64,000 bases of DNA from an uncultured virus (IMG/VR IMGVR_UViG_3300037804_000366). Its lineage: Duplodnaviria; Heunggongvirae; Uroviricota; Caudoviricetes. This document shows positions 27,542 to 36,484 of the stretch, piece by piece. The position numbers were made by a program, and so were the translations under genes. The notes beneath the pieces are model-generated. The model worked only from the letters and a program-made list of their open reading frames with translations, made no database searches and was not told where the DNA came from. Position 1 is the first letter of the stretch; every line of letters starts with the position of its first letter. Where the stretch lies: the IMG/VR virus record IMGVR_UViG_3300037804_000366, one strand, 5' to 3'.

Positions 27542-28267
27542 TTATATTAGCTTGATTAGTTGTGACGCGAGTAATTCTTTGTTGCTCGCGGCGAGTGTGT
27601 GGTCGAACCACTTGCTCATTTGTTTGCGTTGCTTATCAGCACCTATGTATGCGCCTATGCACGTAAGGCCTTCCCTGCGCCATAGTGATGGAGATATATC
27701 ACCATCAGTTATCGCGCCATCCGTATAGCATATGAACGTACTAGCCGTTTTCCATATATGCTTGTACTTGGGAAGGTTGAACGCAAAGGACTCACATCCT
27801 GCGCGACATTCCATAAGCCCCCACAATCCACGCGCAACAGGCTTGGACTTGTTCCACCAAGATTTCTCATTCCCCGTGAGTACGAAGTCAAAGCGAATCT
27901 TGTTTTGGTAGGCAAGCTCGTTGAACGCAGCCATTATGGGCAATCCATGAACGAAGTGACCTCCACCCATTGAACCTGACGCATCCATCATTACGAATAC
28001 GTGAGGCTTCCCACCATGCTTGCGCTTAGATCGGAAGTACCCTTCGGATGCGTTGCACCTTGCGATGTTGTTGATGTGGAGTCCTCCCCCGCCCCAATGC
28101 CCTTTGCGAGCTTGTGAGGTTTGCTTCCCCACAAGTACTCGCTGAAACACCTTAGACGTCGCATTTATGAATGCACCTTCGGATTCCCAGAAGTCAGCCT
28201 TTACGTATGGCGTGGTTTCGCCAGCTACGTATATCTGCCCGTTGCGTATTTCTATGCGGTAACCCAT
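27542..28267 (-). CDS. von Willebrand factor A (vWA) domain protein
   Basis: MIDAS MMDASGSM...YTDG; TGATG-coupled to upstream gene. Confidence 0.8.
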   Translation of the reverse strand: MGYRIEIRNGQIYVAGETTPYVKADFWESEGAFINATSKVFQRVLVGKQTSQARKGHWGGGGLHINNIARCNASEGYFRSKRKHGGKPHVFVMMDASGSMGGGHFVHGLPIMAAFNELAYQNKIRFDFVLTGNEKSWWNKSKPVARGLWGLMECRAGCESFAFNLPKYKHIWKTASTFICYTDGAITDGDISPSLWRREGLTCIGAYIGADKQRKQMSKWFDHTLAASNKELLASQLIKLI

Positions 28268-29616
28268 CAGAAGAAATCCGCAGGAAGTTTCTCGTTAGAC
28301 GAACCGAACTCACTATCGCGCTTGGCGAAGTCATTCACCCACGCGGGAAGATCCACCACGATAGGTGCGTCAACAACGTGCGTCTCGTGAGTTAGCTCAT
28401 TACTAGCTCCATCTCCCAAGCCTACGTCTTGCGCATCATGTGAGGTTTCACCAGCTTCTTTCCCATTGTCTTCGGGTGCTTCATGCTCCTTTATGGGTTC
28501 AGCTTCTTCAGGCGCTTCATGCTCGGAAGGCTCTTCGGAAGGCTCTTCGCGCTCCTTCGGGTCACCTTTGCCCGCGGGTCGTGGCTCTTCGGGTTTTTCG
28601 GGTTCTTCCCCGCCTTCACCCCCACCTGTAGGCATTGGGTTCACGGGTGTAGCTCCAATATCTTCGGGGTTGATATCGTGCCCATGTGGACACGTTAATC
28701 CAGTACCTCCCGTAAGGATGTTGATTATCACGTCTTTACCGCCGGGATGCGCAACGCCTTCGGGTGGTGTCGGGAAGTACTTTTTCCATCGCATCATAAG
28801 CGGAATAAGAGACTCCGTAGTCGTGTACTTTTTCCACTTACGACATTGCATGAACATGGAATACACGAAGTTAAACAAGTGCTTAGGTGAGCGCTTGCCC
28901 CATATCGCAGGGTCGGGTGTGTGTGACGCACCAGATGGTCTCATGTACATATCCTTCCATTGAGCTATGATTACAGTCTCAAGCCCGCGAATCTTCTCAG
29001 CCCACACAAACGCACTGAGCAGATGTTCGGGTGAGTCAGTGCAATTAGGCATAAGGTTATACTTGTGCCAGTATGCTTTGCGCCAACCGTAATCACCCCC
29101 ATGTGACTTCGTGGGTATGGTTACTGTTGCGCCGTGGTGATTGATCCACCTCCCCATGCTCTTCGTGTCAGATGGACGCTTAGCACTAAGTGCAGCCTCG
29201 ATACGCGCATCCTCCATGATGTTGAGGAGTTCGGGGTGTATGCGATTCTTGTTGCACCACTCTCCCATCGCGGGGAGTTCCCTAGTGGACAGCGCGCCAT
29301 GACCCTTGACTTCATGTACAAGCATGGCGTCCGCATAGGCTTCGATCATTTTACGTCTCGCTGAAAAGCCACTAGTGACGAACTTTGCGGAGTCCATAGT
29401 GTGTGCGAAGTCATATAGCGTGACCGTATGACCAGACGTTTTGTTCCACCCCCATGACGCAGTTCCCTTTTCGGGACTTACGACAAAATGATACCGCAAG
29501 GCGTCATTAGGAACAGTTAGGCTGTATTGCGCGACATTCGCCGATAAGGCGCTGTGAATTGGATGCCCCGATACGAGGCATGGCAATACGGGATTAGATG
29601 TTGGTATTTTACTCAT
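28267..29616 (-). CDS. MoxR-associated metallopeptidase-like protein with Pro/Glu-rich linker
   Basis: LVHEVKGH...LNIMEDARIE (CobT-N-like), low-complexity acidic C-terminus. Confidence 0.65.
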   Translation of the reverse strand: MSKIPTSNPVLPCLVSGHPIHSALSANVAQYSLTVPNDALRYHFVVSPEKGTASWGWNKTSGHTVTLYDFAHTMDSAKFVTSGFSARRKMIEAYADAMLVHEVKGHGALSTRELPAMGEWCNKNRIHPELLNIMEDARIEAALSAKRPSDTKSMGRWINHHGATVTIPTKSHGGDYGWRKAYWHKYNLMPNCTDSPEHLLSAFVWAEKIRGLETVIIAQWKDMYMRPSGASHTPDPAIWGKRSPKHLFNFVYSMFMQCRKWKKYTTTESLIPLMMRWKKYFPTPPEGVAHPGGKDVIINILTGGTGLTCPHGHDINPEDIGATPVNPMPTGGGEGGEEPEKPEEPRPAGKGDPKEREEPSEEPSEHEAPEEAEPIKEHEAPEDNGKEAGETSHDAQDVGLGDGASNELTHETHVVDAPIVVDLPAWVNDFAKRDSEFGSSNEKLPADFF

Positions 29617-29635
29617 TGTATTATGTATTGTGTTA

Positions 29636-30922
29636 TTAGTCTCCGATAATTACGTGACGCAACAAAGCGTCGAACCTTGATTTGTCGTCATCCGACCTAG
29701 CGTCTTCATTCTTGAACGCCTTAGCCTTTGACTTCATGGAATCGCCTAGCGCCTTGTATTTCGCCTTCTGATCGGGGTTGGGCTGACCGAAGTCATCTAC
29801 CGCGACGAAGTACGGACGCTCGCAGAGGACTGAGCGCTCATCGAATACATTCAGTATCTCGGCTGGATGCTCAAGTTGCGTCAGGATTCCCATCAGCTCA
29901 CGAGTGCCGGCGTATGCCTCAAGCTCATGGTTGTTGGCGAACCTTTTCGTATCCGTATGTATTGACGTGAGTGCGCTGAGTAGCCAAGTACTTGCTTCCT
30001 CAGACCACCCATATGCATCTTGGCGTTGCTTGATTATGGGCTTAATCACACGCTTGATGTCCGTGATCTTGCAATCCATGTGAACGATCTTCAGCCTTGA
30101 GCGCATAGCGTCATCAATGTCTCTGACCTCATATCGACCACCGACGTTTGACGTCATGATGAACCCGATGTCCGTGATTGGGCACGAGAGCTTTTCAACC
30201 CCTCTCGCGGAGCCTACCGCGCCTGTGGGCTTGCCTGTGGTGCATATGTAGTTATCACCCAATCCACCAAGCAACGACTTGAGCGCGTTGAGCGATGTGC
30301 TAGGTAGCTGAAGGAACTCATCGAATATGACGACCTGCGGAACACCTTCTTCGATTTGTCGGCGGAACGCTTCAGTTACGCTACCATCGCGCCAACCGAG
30401 TGCTGGAGTTCCATCACCCTCCGCGCATGGATGCCCGAACAGTTGCTCAGGCATTATGTCAGCATGACAGTCGATGAGCGTTACGTTTTCCTTACCTGCA
30501 TACAACGCCACGGATTCATGATAAGCCTCATGGGTCTTACCTGAACCTTTGTCGCCGAATAGCGCCACAGCACGCTTGCCTTCCAGCTTCGATTGTCCGG
30601 GACGTGCATACGTGTTGATTGCTTTCGCGGCTGCACTACCACGTAGCTTTCTTGATATCGTACCCTTGAGCGCAGGAAGCGAGATGCCTGCGGTACGAGC
30701 TTTACTGACCACAAGGTCTGCAAAGGCTTGGATGAAATCGCTACCAAGTAGCGTCTTCTGTACCTCCTCGTGCATTGTATCACCTGATACATGCTTCAGC
30801 TTCTCGGATACCTCTTTAACTTGCTCGATAGCGTATGCCTTACAGCGAGCCTCGATGTCCGTGTGTACCTGCTTGAATGCGTCTGAGCGCACGAGCGTGG
30901 TTGGGTCTAGTTCAATCTTCAT
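29636..30922 (-). CDS. MoxR/CbbQ/CobS-like AAA+ ATPase
   Basis: Walker A GDKGSGKT, Walker B VIFDEF, TSN, DDAMRSRL. Confidence 0.85.
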   Translation of the reverse strand: MKIELDPTTLVRSDAFKQVHTDIEARCKAYAIEQVKEVSEKLKHVSGDTMHEEVQKTLLGSDFIQAFADLVVSKARTAGISLPALKGTISRKLRGSAAAKAINTYARPGQSKLEGKRAVALFGDKGSGKTHEAYHESVALYAGKENVTLIDCHADIMPEQLFGHPCAEGDGTPALGWRDGSVTEAFRRQIEEGVPQVVIFDEFLQLPSTSLNALKSLLGGLGDNYICTTGKPTGAVGSARGVEKLSCPITDIGFIMTSNVGGRYEVRDIDDAMRSRLKIVHMDCKITDIKRVIKPIIKQRQDAYGWSEEASTWLLSALTSIHTDTKRFANNHELEAYAGTRELMGILTQLEHPAEILNVFDERSVLCERPYFVAVDDFGQPNPDQKAKYKALGDSMKSKAKAFKNEDARSDDDKSRFDALLRHVIIGD

Positions 30923-31157
30923 TTTGTGTTATTTCCTCTATGTTGTAATTTGGGTGCTCAGGCGTAAAACACATACGCTCCAAGCAATTATTTATGTTTT
31001 GGGTCTCGTTATCGCGTAGCTCTCGGTCTATTACGACCTCGGCGTCGCGGGGTTCATGTTGTGTGAGAAGCCCCTTACGAAGCTCCTCCTCCAACTCCTG
31101 CTCATACAATGTGTACAAGTCGAGTCTTTTTCTTATTCTGTGTTGTCGTTTACTCAT
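30912..31157 (-). CDS. Hypothetical protein
   Basis: Start MSKRQ overlaps upstream stop. Confidence 0.55.
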   Translation of the reverse strand: MSKRQHRIRKRLDLYTLYEQELEEELRKGLLTQHEPRDAEVVIDRELRDNETQNINNCLERMCFTPEHPNYNIEEITQNED

Positions 31158-32377
31158 GTTGCACCCCTCCTTGGTGCGTTTGGTTTTGGTTTTCTCACTT
31201 TGTACACAGCTGCGGGGATTTCCCCATTGGGGCCACGCACTGGTGCGATAAATTGCCATGTTCCCTGAAGTCCACTTGCGGCAAAGCGTTCGTGCTTGTA
31301 CTTCCGCAGGTGACCACGTCTACCCTTGAACTCATGCTTACCACCACCCTCTACGCTTATGCGTTCGGTTGAGATTTCGGGTAAGTACACAACGCGAACG
31401 CTATCGGTTCGGGGTCTGTTGCGTATGCCGGGCTTGCCTCCCAATGGGAAGTGTTTTCCTTTCGTACCCACTATTTCCGTGGTGTGGTGCGGAATGCTCG
31501 CATACACGAGTACCTTGATACACATCTGAAACAGGGGTTGTACCTGCGCCCACTCCTCATCTGAGAATGCGACGCTACCCTTGAGCGCCGGAATCTCATC
31601 ATTGTTCGCATACAAGAGCGAGTTCCAGTTGGAGTCATTGGCGCGGAACGAGAATCCCGCACCACTCTTCGTCTCCACCCAGAAGTTCAGCGAATCACGC
31701 GTTCCCGTGTCTGCACTGAATATGTTCTCAATGCCGAGCTTTTCACTCATGGACGCGAGGTTGCCCCTATACACGAGTACCGTGGGTAGCAACGGGTCTG
31801 CGAAGTAGAACTCCATGCTATCTGCGGGGAACGGAATCTCTTCGATCTTCACTTCTGCGAGGTCTGTGAGCGCGAGGTCATTCGTGACCTCGTTTTCCAC
31901 TACGAGCTGCGACCCCCACCTTACGTGATACCACTTCATCAGAAGCTCCAGAATCGCGCTTATTCCACGCAACTGGAAGTTCTCATGCAAGAACGCGGTG
32001 AACTCCTTTTTGTTGAACTTGAGCTTGCGCACTTCCTCCTGCATGGCATGACCAAGGTCATAGTCGGGGTTGTCCGTGCATGCCTCTACGATGTCATCCC
32101 TCCCTACGGACATATAAATGCGTCCATCAGAAGTATCCACAGGATAAGTTGGGTTCATGTGCGCGTGCGCTGGGCGACGCGTGAACAAAGTCCACATGGG
32201 ATGTAGCCCAAGCTCGATCAGTTCGCGTTCGTTCACACCTGTGGGCAAGCCCATCGTGAAGTCTGAACCCATGCGAATGCGTCCAGATGACGTGACGCCC
32301 GGCTCCTCATGGAGCTTGTCGGCGTCCGTGGATGGGAGCTTAATTTCCTCCCCATCTGCGTTTACGTGAGTATTCAT
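31154..32377 (-). CDS. Hypothetical phage protein
   Basis: 407 aa; C-terminal RRGHLR...FIAPV motif. Confidence 0.7.
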   Translation of the reverse strand: MNTHVNADGEEIKLPSTDADKLHEEPGVTSSGRIRMGSDFTMGLPTGVNERELIELGLHPMWTLFTRRPAHAHMNPTYPVDTSDGRIYMSVGRDDIVEACTDNPDYDLGHAMQEEVRKLKFNKKEFTAFLHENFQLRGISAILELLMKWYHVRWGSQLVVENEVTNDLALTDLAEVKIEEIPFPADSMEFYFADPLLPTVLVYRGNLASMSEKLGIENIFSADTGTRDSLNFWVETKSGAGFSFRANDSNWNSLLYANNDEIPALKGSVAFSDEEWAQVQPLFQMCIKVLVYASIPHHTTEIVGTKGKHFPLGGKPGIRNRPRTDSVRVVYLPEISTERISVEGGGKHEFKGRRGHLRKYKHERFAASGLQGTWQFIAPVRGPNGEIPAAVYKVRKPKPNAPRRGAT

Positions 32378-32379
32378 GC

Positions 32380-32604
32380 TTATTCTTCCTCCTCGTGTAT
32401 TATGTTGATGCTGCGGGCTTCGGAGTCGAGAATCACTAGGTGACCCTGCATTAGCTGCATGACGGTCGCTTTGACCATCGTATTTAACAGCTCATGCTTC
32501 TCATCCGACATTTCATCCTCCGTGCCGTCAAACGACATGAGGATAATTTCACGGATTCTGGCGTCGCACTCCTTTAGGAGCTTCGCGATTGCGTTTGCAT
32601 TCAC
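32380..32604 (-). CDS. Hypothetical protein
   Basis: Tiles operon. Confidence 0.55.
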   Translation of the reverse strand: MNANAIAKLLKECDARIREIILMSFDGTEDEMSDEKHELLNTMVKATVMQLMQGHLVILDSEARSINIIHEEEE

Positions 32605-32789
32605 TCTTCTTCCCCCTCGTCTGGAAACGTAACGGATACGTTATGAGGATAGAAGTACGTGCGGAGTTTTTCCCTCGCTTCATCCTCGTCTTTTGCGGGC
32701 ACGTAGCACTCAAGCTCACCTGATGCGATGAGCTTGTCCTTTTTCGTGCTTAGGTACACGAGGCAATATATGATATTAATTGGTGGCAT
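32601..32789 (-). CDS. Hypothetical protein
   Basis: GGAGA upstream; overlaps next. Confidence 0.55.
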   Translation of the reverse strand: MPPINIIYCLVYLSTKKDKLIASGELECYVPAKDEDEAREKLRTYFYPHNVSVTFPDEGEEE

Positions 32790-32904
32790 TGTCGTTTATT
32801 CTCCTTATGGTTAGGCGCATGAGATTTCGTGCGCGACGTTGTTGTGCTTTTCCCTTCGCGCGCCGAAGCACACGAGAGAATGGTGTTGATGTTTTGGTAT
32901 TCAT
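32776..32904 (-). CDS. Small basic hypothetical protein
   Basis: MNTKTSTPFSRVLRRAKG... Confidence 0.4.
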   Translation of the reverse strand: MNTKTSTPFSRVLRRAKGKAQQRRARNLMRLTIRRINDNATN

Positions 32905-33023
32905 GTTGAAATAATATGGAGTAATGGCAACACGCCCGTCATGGCAACAGACCAAGATGACGCGCATGTAAGGTAAAAAAAGTTGTTAAAAATGAGCTTC
33001 ACGTCGCGTATGGATACGTAAAG

Positions 33024-33066
33024 AAAAAAGGGGGGGGAGGTCACGCGTGGATGCGTGACCCCCCCT
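33024..33066 (-). terminator. Intrinsic terminator (minus strand)
   Basis: GGTCACGC..GCGTGACC stem with G/C extensions, followed by T-run on minus strand. Confidence 0.65.
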
Positions 33067-33087
33067 GCGGGCGTGAGCGCCTAGCGC

Positions 33088-33621
33088 TTAGCGAGGATCG
33101 CCATAGCGCTCGTTGAGCGAGCGCGTGTAACCCCCGAAGGTGAACAGGCTGACAAGGTTCTCGCCCAAGCCCCCGTGGGCACGTCCGACGCATTCCGCGC
33201 GCTCTGCACGAGAAGCCTTGGAACGCTCGCGCCTGTCCTTGCGAAGAGCGTCGATCTCATCACCCACGAGGCGCGCGTCCGAGACCTTCTCATCGGTTCG
33301 GCTCACGTCTGCGCCCTCATGGGCGTCTTTGCGCATGTCCACGAGGGCGTCCACAACCTCGGCGTCGAAGTTGAATTCGCCGGCGAGCGCGACGAGCGTG
33401 GTGAGCGCGTCCGAGAGGACGTACGATCCGATACTGATCAGATCCTTCGCAGGGGCGACTGCGCCTGCAGGCGTGACGGATGCGCACAGCTTGCGCGCGT
33501 CGGCGACTGTGATGTCCTCAAGGATCGCACATTTGCCAGCGTCGGTGCGCAGGGATGCAGACGCAAGGGCGTCTGCGAGCGTGATGGTCTTTTTGGTTTT
33601 TGTTGTTTGGGTTGCACTCAT
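33088..33621 (-). CDS. Hypothetical protein, first gene of reverse-strand island
   Basis: 177 aa, GC-rich, ATACACA leader, own terminator. Confidence 0.65.
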   Translation of the reverse strand: MSATQTTKTKKTITLADALASASLRTDAGKCAILEDITVADARKLCASVTPAGAVAPAKDLISIGSYVLSDALTTLVALAGEFNFDAEVVDALVDMRKDAHEGADVSRTDEKVSDARLVGDEIDALRKDRRERSKASRAERAECVGRAHGGLGENLVSLFTFGGYTRSLNERYGDPR

Positions 33622-34103
33622 TGTGTATGCATGCGCGCCCGCTTATGTGTTCACGGGCGCACGTTATGTGTTCTGGGTTGTGCCTCACACGCGTGAGCGT
33701 GGGAAGCGAAATGTTCTGTGTTCCTCACAGGCGGGCACATATGATGTGCGCACACACAGGTACGTAACCTAAAAAGGTTGGTGGTCTAGTGATCACACGC
33801 TCGCACAGGTTCGTACACCTGCGCTCGCGCGCTCCCGATTGCTCGTCGGTTGGATCGGACTCATGTGCATGTGCGCGCTACGCGCTCGTGCACAGGGTCG
33901 CCCTTGGGCACACCTCTCCCAAGGAAAGACAATATTCAAGACTAGATTCGCCACGATGTCGATCTTTTTTTCTAAAGCTTTGATATTCAACGACTTAGGA
34001 GACTTAAATTTAATAAGTTTATCTATGTTTCGCCCCATGCCACGAGTTGCAAAAAAGCGCGCATTAGGCTTGATTATGTTGCCCAAAAAATTAATAAATA
34101 ATT

Positions 34104-34670
34104 ATGAGTATAAAGTGGGCCACGAGCGTGATGGAGCAAATTGACGCCGGGAAGAACGTGTCTGAAGAGGATATGGAAAAGGCACATCAAATTCTTGCCG
34201 ATCAATATATTAAGGTACAGAAGCACGACAAGTATGCGAAAAACCAAACTGAGCTGGCTAGTGTTTTAGGAGTCGATAGAAAGACGATACAAAGGTGGAG
34301 AAAGGAAACTGGATTTCCACCACCCTTATCAAATGGTAAGTGGGATATATCCGCGACTAAAGCTTGGCTAAAAGCACAGCAAAAAAAGGACGTGGATGAG
34401 GAGCTTGACCTGCATGACCTAAAGATTCGCCACCTAAAACTGATGTGCGAAAAGATCGAGTTTGAGATAAAAACAAAGCGTGGAGACTATACTTTGAACG
34501 AAGATGTTGTCAGATGGGTTGGAGACATGGTAACGGAATCAAAAACGATGCTTCTCGCAATACCTGCGAAACTTGCTCCGATTGTGATAGCGGTGGACGC
34601 GGCTGAAGCGGAGGCACGACTGAAGGAATCTATAGATGAAGCTTTGAACTCTCTACACACGGAGAGTTGA
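34104..34670 (+). CDS. terS: Terminase small subunit (Nu1-like wHTH)
   Basis: NQTELASVLGVDRKTIQRWRKETGFP..GKWD + coiled coil + LLAIPAKLAP. Confidence 0.8.
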   Translation: MSIKWATSVMEQIDAGKNVSEEDMEKAHQILADQYIKVQKHDKYAKNQTELASVLGVDRKTIQRWRKETGFPPPLSNGKWDISATKAWLKAQQKKDVDEELDLHDLKIRHLKLMCEKIEFEIKTKRGDYTLNEDVVRWVGDMVTESKTMLLAIPAKLAPIVIAVDAAEAEARLKESIDEALNSLHTES

Positions 34671-34686
34671 CATACGTATATATTAC

Positions 34687-35565
34687 ATGGATTTTCCAGC
34701 CCTTAAGGACACGGCTAGTTTTAGAAGGTGCGCTTACTGTAAAAGTAAAGTCGCATGCATGAGTAAGGGCAAGTGTCTGCTCAAGAAAGAAGCGAGAGAG
34801 TTTTCTGAAACGTTCAATGCGAATGATGGTATTCTTGGTAGGCTTATTGAGCTAAATAGGAAACTAGAATTTGCTAAACCACCAAAACCCATGTCAAGTG
34901 ATGAGCGGTCGCGCTTTGATGGCAGAAGAAAAGCTAAGTTTATACCGGAGGGTTTAACAACTGCTCCACTTGAAAAGCAAGGGCCACAGCTTCCTCCCGG
35001 CGCTCACAGCGTCCGCAAAACGAGTTACGCGAATAAATTACTAGACGAAAAAGAAGAGCGTGAAGGTATTAAGAAAGCTAAGTCAAAAGGCAGAAAAAGA
35101 GATAGGCCAAAAAAGGTTAGCCCATTGCACGGAAAGAGGAAAGGGGAGTCCGGCAAAAGAAAACAAGCTGATGCGAAGAAACAAGGCACGGCAGTAGGGG
35201 GAAGTAATCCAGCTTTAAAAAGAAAAGAACAGGTAGAAGTAGAGAATACAAAACCCCAAAAGGGAACGCGTAACTCACGGGTAACAGGCGCGACTTCAGC
35301 TCCTCTTCGTCCGGGAGCGAAGCCGGGCAGGGTACATGGAAAAGAAAAACTAAATATACCAGAGCTAGATCCATCAAAAAAAGTAAAAACCCTTTCAAAA
35401 GACGCGCAAAGAGAACTGGGAAAAAGGCTACGAAGTAGAATGGACAATGCGGGGGTAAAGCGCGGCCTTGGCAGGTCTATTAAAATAGTACAAGGAATGC
35501 GCATAGGATCTGTACTGAAATCACTCGGCATGACAGCCGCGCAACTCACTAGATTTTTGAAATAG
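34687..35565 (+). CDS. Basic EF-tag family protein with N-terminal Cys motif
   Basis: CAYC..C..GKC; RLIELNRKLEF; TTGACA-N14. Confidence 0.7.
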   Translation: MDFPALKDTASFRRCAYCKSKVACMSKGKCLLKKEAREFSETFNANDGILGRLIELNRKLEFAKPPKPMSSDERSRFDGRRKAKFIPEGLTTAPLEKQGPQLPPGAHSVRKTSYANKLLDEKEEREGIKKAKSKGRKRDRPKKVSPLHGKRKGESGKRKQADAKKQGTAVGGSNPALKRKEQVEVENTKPQKGTRNSRVTGATSAPLRPGAKPGRVHGKEKLNIPELDPSKKVKTLSKDAQRELGKRLRSRMDNAGVKRGLGRSIKIVQGMRIGSVLKSLGMTAAQLTRFLK

Positions 35566-35586
35566 TTGACAAAACCAAATATAGAT

Positions 35587-35928
35587 ATGAACCTACAAAG
35601 ACTTATAGAGCTTGATGATATGCTTGATGACGTAATCACAATGCGTGGAGAAAGACTCGCTGAAGAATTACAATTTGCCAACACTACCGAATCCTCGCGA
35701 TCCGTTGCTAGAGATATTGGGATGCTTGGAGGCGGAGCCGCCATCGGGGGTTCTTTGGTAGGACTTTTAACTAGGGGACGCAGGAGCGGAGGAGCGGCGA
35801 AAGCTTTGTCACCACGAGCGCAAAAAAAGGCTCAAAACAAACGTGACCACAAGAACGACCAGCGTCGCGCAAAGGGGAAACGTCGCTTTGACCGCGCAAC
35901 CGCGCAGAAAGAAAAAGGTTATAATTAA
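35587..35928 (+). CDS. Basic EF-tag family protein
   Basis: RLIELDDMLDD..LAEELQF; Gly zipper; TTGACA-N15. Confidence 0.7.
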   Translation: MNLQRLIELDDMLDDVITMRGERLAEELQFANTTESSRSVARDIGMLGGGAAIGGSLVGLLTRGRRSGGAAKALSPRAQKKAQNKRDHKNDQRRAKGKRRFDRATAQKEKGYN

Positions 35929-35944
35929 AGCTGAAGGAGACATC

Positions 35945-36484
35945 ATGCCGCAAATAGGTAAAAAGAAGTATCCTTACACCAAGGAGGGTCTTGCCAAATA
36001 TAAGCACGACCTGAGCAAGCTATCTGCGAAAAAGAAGAAAATTCAAAAACAATATGGTATGAATGACATTGAACGACTAATTTCACTTGAAGCCAAAATG
36101 GATGATAGCTTTGAGTTCTACGCTCAACAACCCTACCCGCAGCAAAAGAAAGAGGGTTCGGCGTTGGGCACGGCCGCGAAAGTTGGCGCAGGTGCAGCCG
36201 CACTGGGTGGGGCCGCATATGGTGGGTCTTTACTGATGCGAGGCGACAAGCTTAAAGGTGGTGGAGTACTTCAAGATGGTGCAATGGCAAGAAAAGGAAT
36301 TGGTGGTAAGCTAGGCGCTGTAAAAGATAACTTTAAGAAAACGGGTGGCTTTGGCGGAGCGATGAAAAGAGCCGGCGGTGTATTTAAAAGAGACAAGGCA
36401 AAGCTCGCGGGCGGCATAGCAAAGCAAGGTGGCGGAGTCGGTGGCTTTGGTAAGGTTTTGAAAAAAGCCATTTTTAGACGCTGA
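35945..36484 (+). CDS. Basic EF-tag family protein
   Basis: RLISLEAKMDDSFEF; AAKVGAGAAALGGAAYGG; GAAGGAG RBS. Confidence 0.7.
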   Translation: MPQIGKKKYPYTKEGLAKYKHDLSKLSAKKKKIQKQYGMNDIERLISLEAKMDDSFEFYAQQPYPQQKKEGSALGTAAKVGAGAAALGGAAYGGSLLMRGDKLKGGGVLQDGAMARKGIGGKLGAVKDNFKKTGGFGGAMKRAGGVFKRDKAKLAGGIAKQGGGVGGFGKVLKKAIFRR

